Positions 53,948 through 62,601 of a DNA stretch of 64,000 nt are shown piece after piece (the first letter of the stretch is position 1; every line of letters begins with the position of its first letter). The DNA is from Antricoccus suffuscus (GTDB lineage: Bacteria > Actinomycetota > Actinomycetes > Mycobacteriales > Antricoccaceae), in assembly GCF_003003235.1 (NCBI RefSeq), contig NZ_PVUE01000003.1, forward strand, positions 181,150 through 245,149, in the 5' to 3' direction. The notes beneath the pieces were generated by a model. That model saw only the letters and a program-made list of their open reading frames with translations, was not told the DNA's origin and ran no database searches. Both the position numbers and the translations under genes were made by a program.

Positions 53948-56425
53948 ATGAGGCAAGGCGTGCGCCGGATCGCGAGTGCCGCGGCAGTGGCAGCGTTATC
54001 AACCGGAACAATTTTCGCATTCGGCGCAGGCACGGCGAACGCCGCGACGAATATCGGCGACGGCGTGCTGGATCCCAGCCTTACTGAGGTCAACATCCTC
54101 AACTTCAATGACTTCCACGGTCGTATTGACGAAAACAACGGCGGCGCGACGGGTCTGGCGTTTGCCGATAACGTCAAGACGTCGATGGCGAAGTACGACC
54201 CTGCGAAGACCCTCCTGCTGTCGGACGGTGACAACATCGGCGCGTCGCCATTTACGTCGATGTCCGACGCGGACAACCCGACACTCGCGTACCTCAACGC
54301 GCTGGGAGTCGAAGCGTCCGCGGTCGGTAACCACGAGTTCGACAAAGGGGTCGATGACCTCACCGGGCGTGTGAGCACTGCGGCGGCGTTCCCATACCTG
54401 GCCGCAAACGTCTACGCCAAAGGTACGACGACCCCGATCCTCGACGAGTATGTCGTGATCGAGAAGAACGGCCTGAAGATCGGCGTCATCGGCGCGGTCA
54501 CCCAGGAGACGCCGGCCCTGACCGGCCCCAACGCGACCGGAACGGTCGATTTCGTCGACCCTGTCGACGCGGTCAATCGGGTCGCGGACCAGCTCACCGA
54601 TGGCAACGAGGCCAACGGCGAGGCCGACGTACTCATCGCCGAATACCACGAAGGTGCGGGCGCCGGTACGCCAGAAGGCGCGACGATCGAGCAGGAGGTC
54701 GCACACGGGGGAGCGTTCGCCAAGATCGTCACGCAGACCAGCGCGGCCGTATCGGCGATCTTCACCGGCCATACGCACAAGGAGTACGCCTGGGACGGGC
54801 CCGTCCCAGGCGAGCCCGGCCAGACTCGGCCGATCCTGCAGGCCGCGTCGTACGCGACCTTCCTTGGGCACGTGCAGCTCGGATTCGACGCCAACAAGAA
54901 GCTTGTCCAGTACAAAGTGGAAAACCTGCCCACCAGCACGGTCGACCAGTCGAAACCCGAAGGCCAGCAGACGATGGCCGACTGGAAAGCGAAATACCCG
55001 GCGATCTGGCAGATCATCGACGCCGCAATCCAGAAGGCCGCGATCATCGGCAAGGAACATCTGGGCAACGTCACCGCCGACATCACCACGGCGTACGCCG
55101 CCGGTAAACGCGACGACCGGGCAAGCGAGTCGACGCTGAGCAATCTGATCGCGCAGTCGATGGTCGACGTACTCAACGACCCGGGGCGCAGCGGCGCCGA
55201 CATCGGTCTAATGAATCCGGGCGGCGTGCGTGCGGAGCTGCTGTTTAACGACGGGGCAGACAACACCGGCGACATCACATATGCCGAAGCCGCCGCCGTC
55301 GTACCGTTCGCCAACACGCTGCAGACAATCGAGCTCACCGGCGCGCAGCTCAAGACGGTGCTCGAGCAGCAGTGGCAGACAAACGAGGATGGCACGATTC
55401 CGTCTCGTCCCTACCTGCAGCTCGGGCTCTCAGACAACCTCACCTACACCTATGACCCTGCCGCGACGCAGGGTGCGCACATCACCTCGGTCTCGCTCGA
55501 CGGCGCGCCGCTCGACCTGACCGCGACTTACACCGTTGTCGGATCGTCGTTTCTCATCGGCGGAGGCGACAACTTCCGCGAGGTCGCGGCCGGTCAGAAC
55601 ATGAAGGACTCCGGTCTGATTGACACGGAGTCGTTCGCGACCTGGATCAAAGACAAGGGCACACTGTCACCGTCGTTCAATCGGCACGCGGTCGTCACCA
55701 ATGGGCAGCCGGATGCGGTCACGATCGGCGAGCAGACCAGTTTTGCCGCCTCCGGTCTGGACCTGACTAGCCTCGGCAGCCCCTCGAACACCGAGCTCAC
55801 GGCGTACGTCGGTGACACCGCGGTGGGGATGTTCTCGGTCAGCGAAGGCGCGGCGACGATCGCATTCACGACGCCCGACGGCATCGCCACCGGTCCGGCA
55901 ACGCTCAAGCTGGTCGCGACCCCGTCCAACACCACGGTGACGTTCCCGGTCACGGTCAACGCGGCCACGCCCATCACGCCACCGACAACCGAGCCACCGA
56001 CAACTCAGCCACCGACAACCGAGCCGCCGGCCCCGCAGCCGACCGTCACGGTCGATCACGCCAAGATCGCCCCCGGCTCGAAGATCACCGTCAAGGCCGT
56101 CAACTTCTCCGCGGCAGTCGGATCGATGGCGCAGGTCGAGCTGCATTCCGATCCGGTCACCATCGGTCAGATGTCCGTCGGCAGCGGCGGCTCGGCGACC
56201 GGGGTGTTCACGATCCCGGCAGCTACGACGCGCGGTGCGCACTCGATTGTCGTCACCGCCGGTGGCGTGACCGCATCGGTGCAGATCACGGTGACAGCCT
56301 CGGGCGGCAAGGGTGGCACCCTCGCGAGCACCGGCGCCGACGTCGCGCCGAAGCTTGAGGTGGCCGCGATCATGTTGGTGCTTGGCGGCGGGCTCACTCT
56401 CGCAGGCCGCCGCCGTAACGGCTAG
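53948..56425 (+). CDS. Secreted bifunctional 5'-nucleotidase / metallophosphoesterase with Pro/Thr linker and LAXTG sortase cell-wall anchor
   Basis: Signal peptide (MRQGVRRIASAAAVA ... ANA), metallophos N-domain (NDFHG, GNHEFD, GHTH), 5'-nucleotidase C-domain, PTTEPPTTQPPTTEPP linker, and C-terminal LASTG plus hydrophobic segment plus RRRNG. ATG 53948 preceded by GGGAGG. Confidence 0.85.
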   Translation: MRQGVRRIASAAAVAALSTGTIFAFGAGTANAATNIGDGVLDPSLTEVNILNFNDFHGRIDENNGGATGLAFADNVKTSMAKYDPAKTLLLSDGDNIGASPFTSMSDADNPTLAYLNALGVEASAVGNHEFDKGVDDLTGRVSTAAAFPYLAANVYAKGTTTPILDEYVVIEKNGLKIGVIGAVTQETPALTGPNATGTVDFVDPVDAVNRVADQLTDGNEANGEADVLIAEYHEGAGAGTPEGATIEQEVAHGGAFAKIVTQTSAAVSAIFTGHTHKEYAWDGPVPGEPGQTRPILQAASYATFLGHVQLGFDANKKLVQYKVENLPTSTVDQSKPEGQQTMADWKAKYPAIWQIIDAAIQKAAIIGKEHLGNVTADITTAYAAGKRDDRASESTLSNLIAQSMVDVLNDPGRSGADIGLMNPGGVRAELLFNDGADNTGDITYAEAAAVVPFANTLQTIELTGAQLKTVLEQQWQTNEDGTIPSRPYLQLGLSDNLTYTYDPAATQGAHITSVSLDGAPLDLTATYTVVGSSFLIGGGDNFREVAAGQNMKDSGLIDTESFATWIKDKGTLSPSFNRHAVVTNGQPDAVTIGEQTSFAASGLDLTSLGSPSNTELTAYVGDTAVGMFSVSEGAATIAFTTPDGIATGPATLKLVATPSNTTVTFPVTVNAATPITPPTTEPPTTQPPTTEPPAPQPTVTVDHAKIAPGSKITVKAVNFSAAVGSMAQVELHSDPVTIGQMSVGSGGSATGVFTIPAATTRGAHSIVVTAGGVTASVQITVTASGGKGGTLASTGADVAPKLEVAAIMLVLGGGLTLAGRRRNG

Positions 56426-56440
56426 CCCCAAACGTCAACA

Positions 56441-56480
56441 GGGGCGGCGTTGTTGCGGACTACCGCAACAACGCCGCCCC
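56441..56480. terminator. Bidirectional terminator hairpin (perfect 18-bp stem) between convergent genes
   Basis: GGGGCGGCGTTGTTGCGG-ACTA-CCGCAACAACGCCGCCCC read directly. Sits between the stops at 56425 (+) and 56500 (-). Confidence 0.8.
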
Positions 56481-56499
56481 ACTTGACAGCAGCGAAGGA

Positions 56500-57966
56500 C
56501 TATTCGGCCAGCTCAGGCTGTAGCACTGGACTGCGGCGTATGACTAGACCCACGACCGCCGCGGTTGCCGCGAGCAGGATCGCTCCGGCAAGGAAGGCTG
56601 CATCTGCGCCGGAGACAAACAGCCCGGTTGGGCTCGTGCCCGCTGCCGCGTCGCGGGTCGCGGTACCAAAGACCGTGACGAGAATCGCCAGTCCCAGTGA
56701 TCCGCCGACCTGTTGCGACACGTTGACCAGACCGGACGCCGCGCCACTGTGCTCCGGCTTGACGCCGGCCAGCGCCGCGGAGGTGAGCGGTACGAACGCC
56801 GCCCCGTTGCCGAGCCCGAGCAGCAGCAGCGGACCCAGCACGTCCAGGTAGCCGCTCGAGGCGGACAGCTGCGTCATCCAGAGCATGCTCACCGTGGACA
56901 TCGACGCGCCGACGATCATGACCAGGCGCTCGCCGTACCGCTCGACAAGCACCCGTGCGCTGAGCTGGGAGCCGGAGAACAGCGCGATCGATACCGGCAG
57001 AAAGGCAAGGCCGGTCGCGATCGGGCTGTAATGAAGGATGTCCTGCAGGAACTGTGTCAGGAAGAAGAACATTCCCATCATTCCGGCGGTCATGAGCATT
57101 CTCGCGACGTTGGCGCCAGATCGGGTGCGGCTGGCGAACAGTTGCAGGGGCGTGATCGGCTCCGCCGCCCGCCGTTCGATCACGATGTACGTCGCCAGCA
57201 GCACGACGCCGGCGCCGAATGCGAACAATGTGCTGCTGTCGCTCCACCCGTGCGTCGACGCCTGCACGAACCCAAGCACCAGGCCGGTCATTCCGAGCGT
57301 CGAGGTAATGGCGCCGGACAGATCGAACTTGCCGGGACGTCCGGGTGAGCGCGGCACGATCAGCGATCCGGCGATGACCAACGCGAGGCCGATCGGGACG
57401 TTGACATACATGACCGATCGCCAGGACAGCCACTGGGTGAGCATGCCGCCGGCCAACAGGCCGATGGCCGCGCCGCCGACGGAGATGGCGGTATAGAGAC
57501 CGAGCGCGCGGGTGCGTTCGCGGCCCTCGGCGTACATGCCCATGAGGAGGGCAAGCACGGCCGGCGTTGCAAACGCGGCGCCACCGCCTTGCAGCGCGCG
57601 AGCGGCGATCAGCCACGCCGGCGATGTGGCGAGACCTCCGAGCAGGGAGGCCGCGGTGAAGACCGATACGCCGGTGAGCATGGTACGGCGCCGGCCGAGG
57701 AGATCACCGGTGCGTGCGCCGAGTAGCAGTAGTCCGCCGAAGGTGAGCGTGTAGGCGCTGAGCACCCACGACAGGCCCGACGCGGTGAAGCCGAGTGCGC
57801 TTTGCATGTGCGGGAGCGCGACATTGACGACGGTCATGTCGAGCACGACCATCAGCTGGGTGATGAGGATGACCGCGAGGATCAGCCCGCGACGGGTGAC
57901 GCGTTGGGTGCCGGGTGCGCCGGTGGGCGGACGCGGCGAGATTGTGGATTCTTGCTGAACAGGCAC
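56500..57966 (-). CDS. MFS drug efflux transporter (DHA2 / EmrB-QacA family, 14 TMS)
   Basis: 14 hydrophobic segments and a motif-A-like loop. GTG 57966 with AAGGAG 9 nt upstream. Divergent from the TetR gene. Confidence 0.85.
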   Translation of the reverse strand: MPVQQESTISPRPPTGAPGTQRVTRRGLILAVILITQLMVVLDMTVVNVALPHMQSALGFTASGLSWVLSAYTLTFGGLLLLGARTGDLLGRRRTMLTGVSVFTAASLLGGLATSPAWLIAARALQGGGAAFATPAVLALLMGMYAEGRERTRALGLYTAISVGGAAIGLLAGGMLTQWLSWRSVMYVNVPIGLALVIAGSLIVPRSPGRPGKFDLSGAITSTLGMTGLVLGFVQASTHGWSDSSTLFAFGAGVVLLATYIVIERRAAEPITPLQLFASRTRSGANVARMLMTAGMMGMFFFLTQFLQDILHYSPIATGLAFLPVSIALFSGSQLSARVLVERYGERLVMIVGASMSTVSMLWMTQLSASSGYLDVLGPLLLLGLGNGAAFVPLTSAALAGVKPEHSGAASGLVNVSQQVGGSLGLAILVTVFGTATRDAAAGTSPTGLFVSGADAAFLAGAILLAATAAVVGLVIRRSPVLQPELAE

Positions 57967-58026
57967 GGAGTTAGACTCCTTGGAGTAGATTGATACGAAG
58001 AAACGGAAGGTCCCTCCAGTTACAAT

Positions 58027-58043
58027 ACGGAGGCATCCTCCGT
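58027..58043. promoter_or_regulatory. Candidate TetR operator palindrome ACGGAGG-cat-CCTCCGT
   Basis: Perfect 7-bp inverted repeat centred in the 111-bp divergent MFS / tetR intergenic region. Confidence 0.55.
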
Positions 58044-58077
58044 TTAGCAACACTATTTCCAAGGAGGTTTGTCGCAA

Positions 58078-58673
58078 TGTCTTCCAGCGCCCCGGCTTCG
58101 TCGGGTACGACGGTGAGTGCGACGACCGGCCGGCCGATGCGCGCAGACGCGCGTCGCAACTACGAATTGCTGGTCGAGGCGGCCAAGGCAGTGCTCGTCG
58201 AAAACGACGGCGACGCTCCGCTCGAGGACATCGCGCGTCGAGCAGGCGTCGGGATCGGCACCCTATACCGGCATTTTCCTAAGCGGCTCGATCTTCTCGA
58301 GGCCGTCTACCGCGAGGAAGTCGACGCGCTCGCGCACAGCAAAGACCAGCTGGCCGCGGACGTCTCGCCGTGGGAGGGGCTCGACCGATGGCTGCATCTG
58401 CTCGTCGGTTACGTCGCTACCAAGCGGGTGCTCTTTCAAGAACTCGTCGATGCGATCGGCAAGGAATCCGAGCTGTTGACGCACTCGCGGGCGGTCATGA
58501 TGGATTCGACGGCTGCGATGCTCAAGGCCGCCCAGGATGCCGGCGTCGCACGCGCCGACGTGCGACCGGATGACCTGGTCCGCATTGTCGGTGGCTGCAC
58601 GATGATGCCGCACGTCGCACCGGACCAGCAAGAACGCATGGTGCAGATCGTGCTGGACGGCGTACGCATCTAG
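58078..58673 (+). CDS. TetR-family transcriptional regulator
   Basis: TetR HTH (LEDIARRAGVGIGTLYRHFPKR). ATG 58078 with AAGGAGG SD. Confidence 0.85.
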
Positions 58674-58674
58674 A

Positions 58675-58760
58675 CCCGCGATCCGTCACGTAATTCGCGC
58701 GATCCGTCACTTACGACCCGTGATCCGTCGCTTATGCCCCGTGATCGGTCGCTCCTGTCC
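58675..58760. repeat. Four tandem imperfect ~21-bp direct repeats (consensus CGYGATCCGTCRCTTAYGMC) immediately after the tetR stop
   Basis: Read directly: units at 58675-58697, 58698-58717, 58718-58738 and 58739-58760. Confidence 0.6.
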
Positions 58761-58940
58761 CATGCGTCCGACCTTCGCCGACTTTCAAACGGGCTGACCA
58801 CAGGCGGTACCGCTTCGGCCTACCTCCACCGTCCCGTCACCGATAATCGCCCGCGCGAGTACAAATGTGCCGACCCGCATCAAGGTCCGGACATTCTTGC
58901 TGCGTATCAGCACATTTGTGCGAATGTCGTTCAGCGACCA

Positions 58941-58969
58941 AAAAGCCCCGGGCCTCTAAAGCTCCCGGG
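58941..58969 (-). terminator. Rho-independent terminator for the YceI-like gene
   Basis: On the minus strand: stem CCCGGG / CCCGGG with an 11-nt loop, followed by GCTTTTTGG. Confidence 0.65.
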
Positions 58970-58997
58970 ACTTTCTGTGTAGCTGTATGACGATGCG

Positions 58998-59549
58998 TTA
59001 GGCGTTGGCCTCGACCTTCGCCGGATGAGCCTCGACGTCGAGAGTGATGGTCACCTTGTCGCCGACGACCACCCCGCCGTCTTCCATCGGAATCTGGAAC
59101 TTGATGCCGAAGTCGGAGCGCAGGATCTCGGTGGACGCCTCGAACCCGGCGGTCTCACCCGCCACGCCGCCGAACTCGGTCTTGAGCTCGACCGGCTTGG
59201 TGATTCCGTTGATGGTCAGATCGCCGGTAACCACCCAGTCGTCGCCCTTTGGCGCGATGCTGGTCGACGCGAAGCCGATCGTGTTGTGGTTATCGAGGTC
59301 GAAGAAGTCCGCAGAGCGCAGGTGTCCGTCGCGCTGCTCGTTGCCGGTGTCGACCGACGGGACGTCAATGGTGACCTTGACCGAGGAATCCTCGACCTGG
59401 TCGGCGACGGTGATGGCGCCGGAGAACGTCTTGAACGTGCCCTTCACCTTGCTGACCATCATGTGGCGGACGCTGAAACCGATCGCGGTGTGTGCGGTGT
59501 CGATGTTCCAGACGCCGGGGGTGAGGTTGAGCGTGGATGCTGCGGTCAT
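58998..59549 (-). CDS. YceI-family periplasmic / polyisoprenoid-binding-like protein
   Basis: YceI beta-barrel pattern (WNIDTAHTAIGFSVRHMMVSKVKGTF ... TGDLTINGITKPV). Confidence 0.85.
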   Translation of the reverse strand: MTAASTLNLTPGVWNIDTAHTAIGFSVRHMMVSKVKGTFKTFSGAITVADQVEDSSVKVTIDVPSVDTGNEQRDGHLRSADFFDLDNHNTIGFASTSIAPKGDDWVVTGDLTINGITKPVELKTEFGGVAGETAGFEASTEILRSDFGIKFQIPMEDGGVVVGDKVTITLDVEAHPAKVEANA

Positions 59550-59714
59550 CGTTGAATGCTCCAGTCGGGATTCGGCCCAGGCCTGCCCGGGTCGGGTAAT
59601 TTGTACGTCGGACGGAGGGTGTCGGCTAGTGTTGACCGACTTCGTCCGCGAGGCATGAATTGAAGTTACAACTATTAAGTTGAAATGTCAACCAAAGACA
59701 ACTAGAGTGGTGTC

Positions 59715-60209
59715 ATGACCGAGACCAAATGGCTAAGTTCCGAAGAGCAGCTAGGCTGGCGCGGATTTCTGCTTGCCTCCCGTCTGATCATGGACCAGCT
59801 CAACCGTGAGTTGCAGGACGCGCACGACTTGTCGCTCACTGACTACGCCATACTTGTCCGTCTCAGCGAAGAGCAAGACCACCAACTGCGGATGACCGAG
59901 TTGGCCGCGTCGAGCGGCCTGTCCAAGAGTCGGCTGTCCCACCAGATGAAGCGGCTCGAGCAACGTGGCCTAACATCGCGTTCGGTCTGCCCGGACGATG
60001 CGCGCGGCACCAACGCGGAGCTCACCAAGGCTGGTTACAAGGCATTGCAAGATGCCAGCCACACCCATGTCGCCGGTGTGCGCGAGCACTTGCTTGACCA
60101 TTTCGACCCGGACCAAGTGCGCGAGCTGGCTCGATGGACCGAGGAAGTCGTACATCATCTTGATCAAGATGGAAGGTCCGGGCCGCTGCTGCCGTCCTGT
60201 CAGCCATAG
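59715..60209 (+). CDS. MarR-family transcriptional regulator
   Basis: Winged HTH (LSLTDYAILVRLSEEQDHQLRMTELAASSGLSKSRLSHQMKRLEQRGL). Confidence 0.85.
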   Translation: MTETKWLSSEEQLGWRGFLLASRLIMDQLNRELQDAHDLSLTDYAILVRLSEEQDHQLRMTELAASSGLSKSRLSHQMKRLEQRGLTSRSVCPDDARGTNAELTKAGYKALQDASHTHVAGVREHLLDHFDPDQVRELARWTEEVVHHLDQDGRSGPLLPSCQP

Positions 60210-60224
60210 GGCAAAATCGGTTGC

Positions 60225-60845
60225 ATGCCACAACTGACGCCCACCCGTGCGTGGGAGAGGATGCTCGAAGGTAACGCCCGTTTCGTGAGCGGCGACCCCG
60301 CCCACCCGGATCAGGATGTCGCGAAGCGAGAAGAGCTCACCGGCGGCCAGAATCCGTTCGCCTTGGTGTTTGGCTGCGCCGACTCGCGCGTCGCCGCGGA
60401 GATCATTTTTGACCAGGGCCTCGGCGACCTATTCGTCGTACGCACGGCAGGGCACGTCATCGACCCCGGTGTACTCGGTTCTATCGAGTTCGGTGTCGAA
60501 CTTCTGAATATCCCCCTGATCATCGTTCTCGGGCACGATTCCTGCGGCGCGATTGGTGCAACGCTTGCGACGACCAAATCAGGTGACATGCCTGGCGGCT
60601 TTATCCGCGACATCGTCGAACGAGTGATGCCGAGTGCCATCGCGGCGCGCTCCAAGGCAGGCGGTGCCGAGGTTGGGTCCGAAGAAGTTGTCTCCGAGCA
60701 CGTCATGCAGTCGGCCAAGCTACTCGCAGATCGGTCGCGGATCATCTCCAACGCTATCGATTCCGGGAAACTCGCGATCGTCGGCGCCACATACAAACTG
60801 CATGACGGCGAAGCGCGCGTCGAAGGTGTCGTCGGCAATCTCTGA
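60225..60845 (+). CDS. Beta-class carbonic anhydrase
   Basis: Zinc ligands in CADSR and HDSCGA motifs. Starts 15 nt after the marR stop. Confidence 0.9.
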   Translation: MPQLTPTRAWERMLEGNARFVSGDPAHPDQDVAKREELTGGQNPFALVFGCADSRVAAEIIFDQGLGDLFVVRTAGHVIDPGVLGSIEFGVELLNIPLIIVLGHDSCGAIGATLATTKSGDMPGGFIRDIVERVMPSAIAARSKAGGAEVGSEEVVSEHVMQSAKLLADRSRIISNAIDSGKLAIVGATYKLHDGEARVEGVVGNL

Positions 60846-60860
60846 CCACGACTGTGAGGC

Positions 60861-62069
60861 CTAAGCCTCGATGAGTACGGCGGCTCCTAGCCCGACTCCG
60901 ATACATGCGGCCGCCACGCCGTAGCCACCGCCGCGACGCCGAAGCTCGCGCGCGCAGTCGATGATGACCCGCGGCATCGAGGCGCCCAACGGGTGGCCGA
61001 TCGCGATCGCGCCGCCGTTCGGGTTGACGTCAGTGTCGGCGACCTTGGCCACCTCGGGCATCAATCGCAGGCAAGACAGCACCATCGACGCGAAAGCCTC
61101 GTTGATCTCCCATACTTTGATGTCGGAAGCGGAGAGCGCGGCCTTGTCCAAGAGCTTGCCTATCGCATCGACGGGTGCGATCGAGAACTGATCGGGCCGG
61201 CGAGCCGTCGTCACCGATGCGTGCAGCCTCGCGATCGGCTCCATTCCCTGTGCGGCAGCGGTCTTCTCGTGCATCATCAGCGTCGCGATCGCGCCGTCGT
61301 TGATCGGGGACGAGTTGCCCGCCGTACCGATGCCGTCGTCCGAGAACGCCGGGCGCAGCCGCCGCAACACGTCCATCGAGGTCGCGTCCCGGATCGACTC
61401 GTCTCGCTCGACGAGCCCGTCCCGTGCCTGGATCGGCAGCACGAAGTCGTGATGCAGCTTGTCTCGCCATGCCGCGGCAGCGCGCTGGTGTGAGCGAGTC
61501 GCCCACTCGTCCATCTCGGTGCGGGTGACGCCAAGTTTGACGGCCTCGATTTCTGCGCACCGGCCGAGCGAGGCCACCCACTCACGCGGGAAACGCGGAT
61601 TGACCAGCCGCCAACCGACCGTCGTACCGACGAGATTCATGGCGCGGGGCAACTCCTCGTCGGGCCGGGGAAGGACATACGGCGCACGGCTCATCGACTC
61701 GACACCGCCTGCGATGACGGTATCGAGCTCGCCAACCGCGATCGCTCGCGCGGCTTGGATCATCGCCTCGCCACCAGAACCACAGAGGCGGTTGACCGTC
61801 ACCCCGGGGACGGTGTGCGGCAGGTCCGCGATCAGCGCGGCCATCCGGGCCACGTTGCGGTTGTCTTCGCCCGCTCCATTGGTGTCACCCAGGATGACAT
61901 CGTCGATGCTTGCCGGATCCACATCGTCATTGCGCCGGCAAAGTTCGGCGATCGGCATGGCCGCGAAGTCATCGGTGCGGATATGCGACAGGCCGCCGCG
62001 ATACTTGCCGAACGGCGTGCGCACCGCGTCGATGATCACGGCACTGGACAATGGGAATCGAATAGCCAT
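60861..62069 (-). CDS. Acetyl-CoA C-acyltransferase (thiolase II)
   Basis: Thiolase motifs (VIIDAVRTPFGK, NRLCGSG, GNSSPINDGA, C-terminal GHPLGASMPR and CIGVGLGAA). Confidence 0.9.
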   Translation of the reverse strand: MAIRFPLSSAVIIDAVRTPFGKYRGGLSHIRTDDFAAMPIAELCRRNDDVDPASIDDVILGDTNGAGEDNRNVARMAALIADLPHTVPGVTVNRLCGSGGEAMIQAARAIAVGELDTVIAGGVESMSRAPYVLPRPDEELPRAMNLVGTTVGWRLVNPRFPREWVASLGRCAEIEAVKLGVTRTEMDEWATRSHQRAAAAWRDKLHHDFVLPIQARDGLVERDESIRDATSMDVLRRLRPAFSDDGIGTAGNSSPINDGAIATLMMHEKTAAAQGMEPIARLHASVTTARRPDQFSIAPVDAIGKLLDKAALSASDIKVWEINEAFASMVLSCLRLMPEVAKVADTDVNPNGGAIAIGHPLGASMPRVIIDCARELRRRGGGYGVAAACIGVGLGAAVLIEA

Positions 62070-62097
62070 ACCGCGACGATACAAAGGGGTTCGGAAC

Positions 62098-62601
62098 GTG
62101 ACTGAGGCATCCCAACGACCGGGTCGCCACCCGGCCAGCCACCACTACGAGGCCACGGTTGTGTGGACCGGCAACCGCGGCACCGGCACGTCGGCGTACC
62201 GCGAGTTCGGGCGTGAACACGACATCATCTCCGCGGGACGCCCGACACTCGCCGGCTCCGCAGATCCGGCCTTCCGCGGAGATCCGGAGCGATGGAATCC
62301 GGAGGACTTCCTGGTCGCCGCGCTTGCCGAGTGCCACATGCTGACATTTCTGCACCTCGCGGCGCTCGGCGGCGTGATTGTGACCGAATACGTCGACACC
62401 GCCACCGGAACGATGGAGATGAACAACGACGGTAGCGGGCAGTTCGCCGAGGTGACGCTGCATCCGGTCGTGACCGTGCAGGACGAGTCGATGCGCGAGA
62501 AGGCGATGTCACTGCACCACCCCGCGGGCGAGATGTGTTTCATTGCGCGGTCCGTCAACTTCCCGGTCAACCACGACGGGACCGTGGTCGTTACGTCGTA
62601 A
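62098..62601 (+). CDS. OsmC/Ohr-family peroxiredoxin
   Basis: OsmC pattern with the two conserved Cys contexts (LVAALAECHMLTF ... EMCFIARSVNFPV). GTG 62098 with AAAGGGG SD. Only the 3' part of ORF 61459..62601 is coding. Confidence 0.8.
   Translation: MTEASQRPGRHPASHHYEATVVWTGNRGTGTSAYREFGREHDIISAGRPTLAGSADPAFRGDPERWNPEDFLVAALAECHMLTFLHLAALGGVIVTEYVDTATGTMEMNNDGSGQFAEVTLHPVVTVQDESMREKAMSLHHPAGEMCFIARSVNFPVNHDGTVVVTS

Noticed and set aside
58675-58760. CRISPR array
   Set aside because: The repeats are directly tandem with no interspersed spacers, and no cas genes are in the window.
61459-62601. 380-aa plus-strand ORF spanning the thiolase antisense region
   Set aside because: Only the C-terminal 167 aa (OsmC family, GTG 62098 with SD) are homologous. 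The upstream part is antisense to the thiolase gene.
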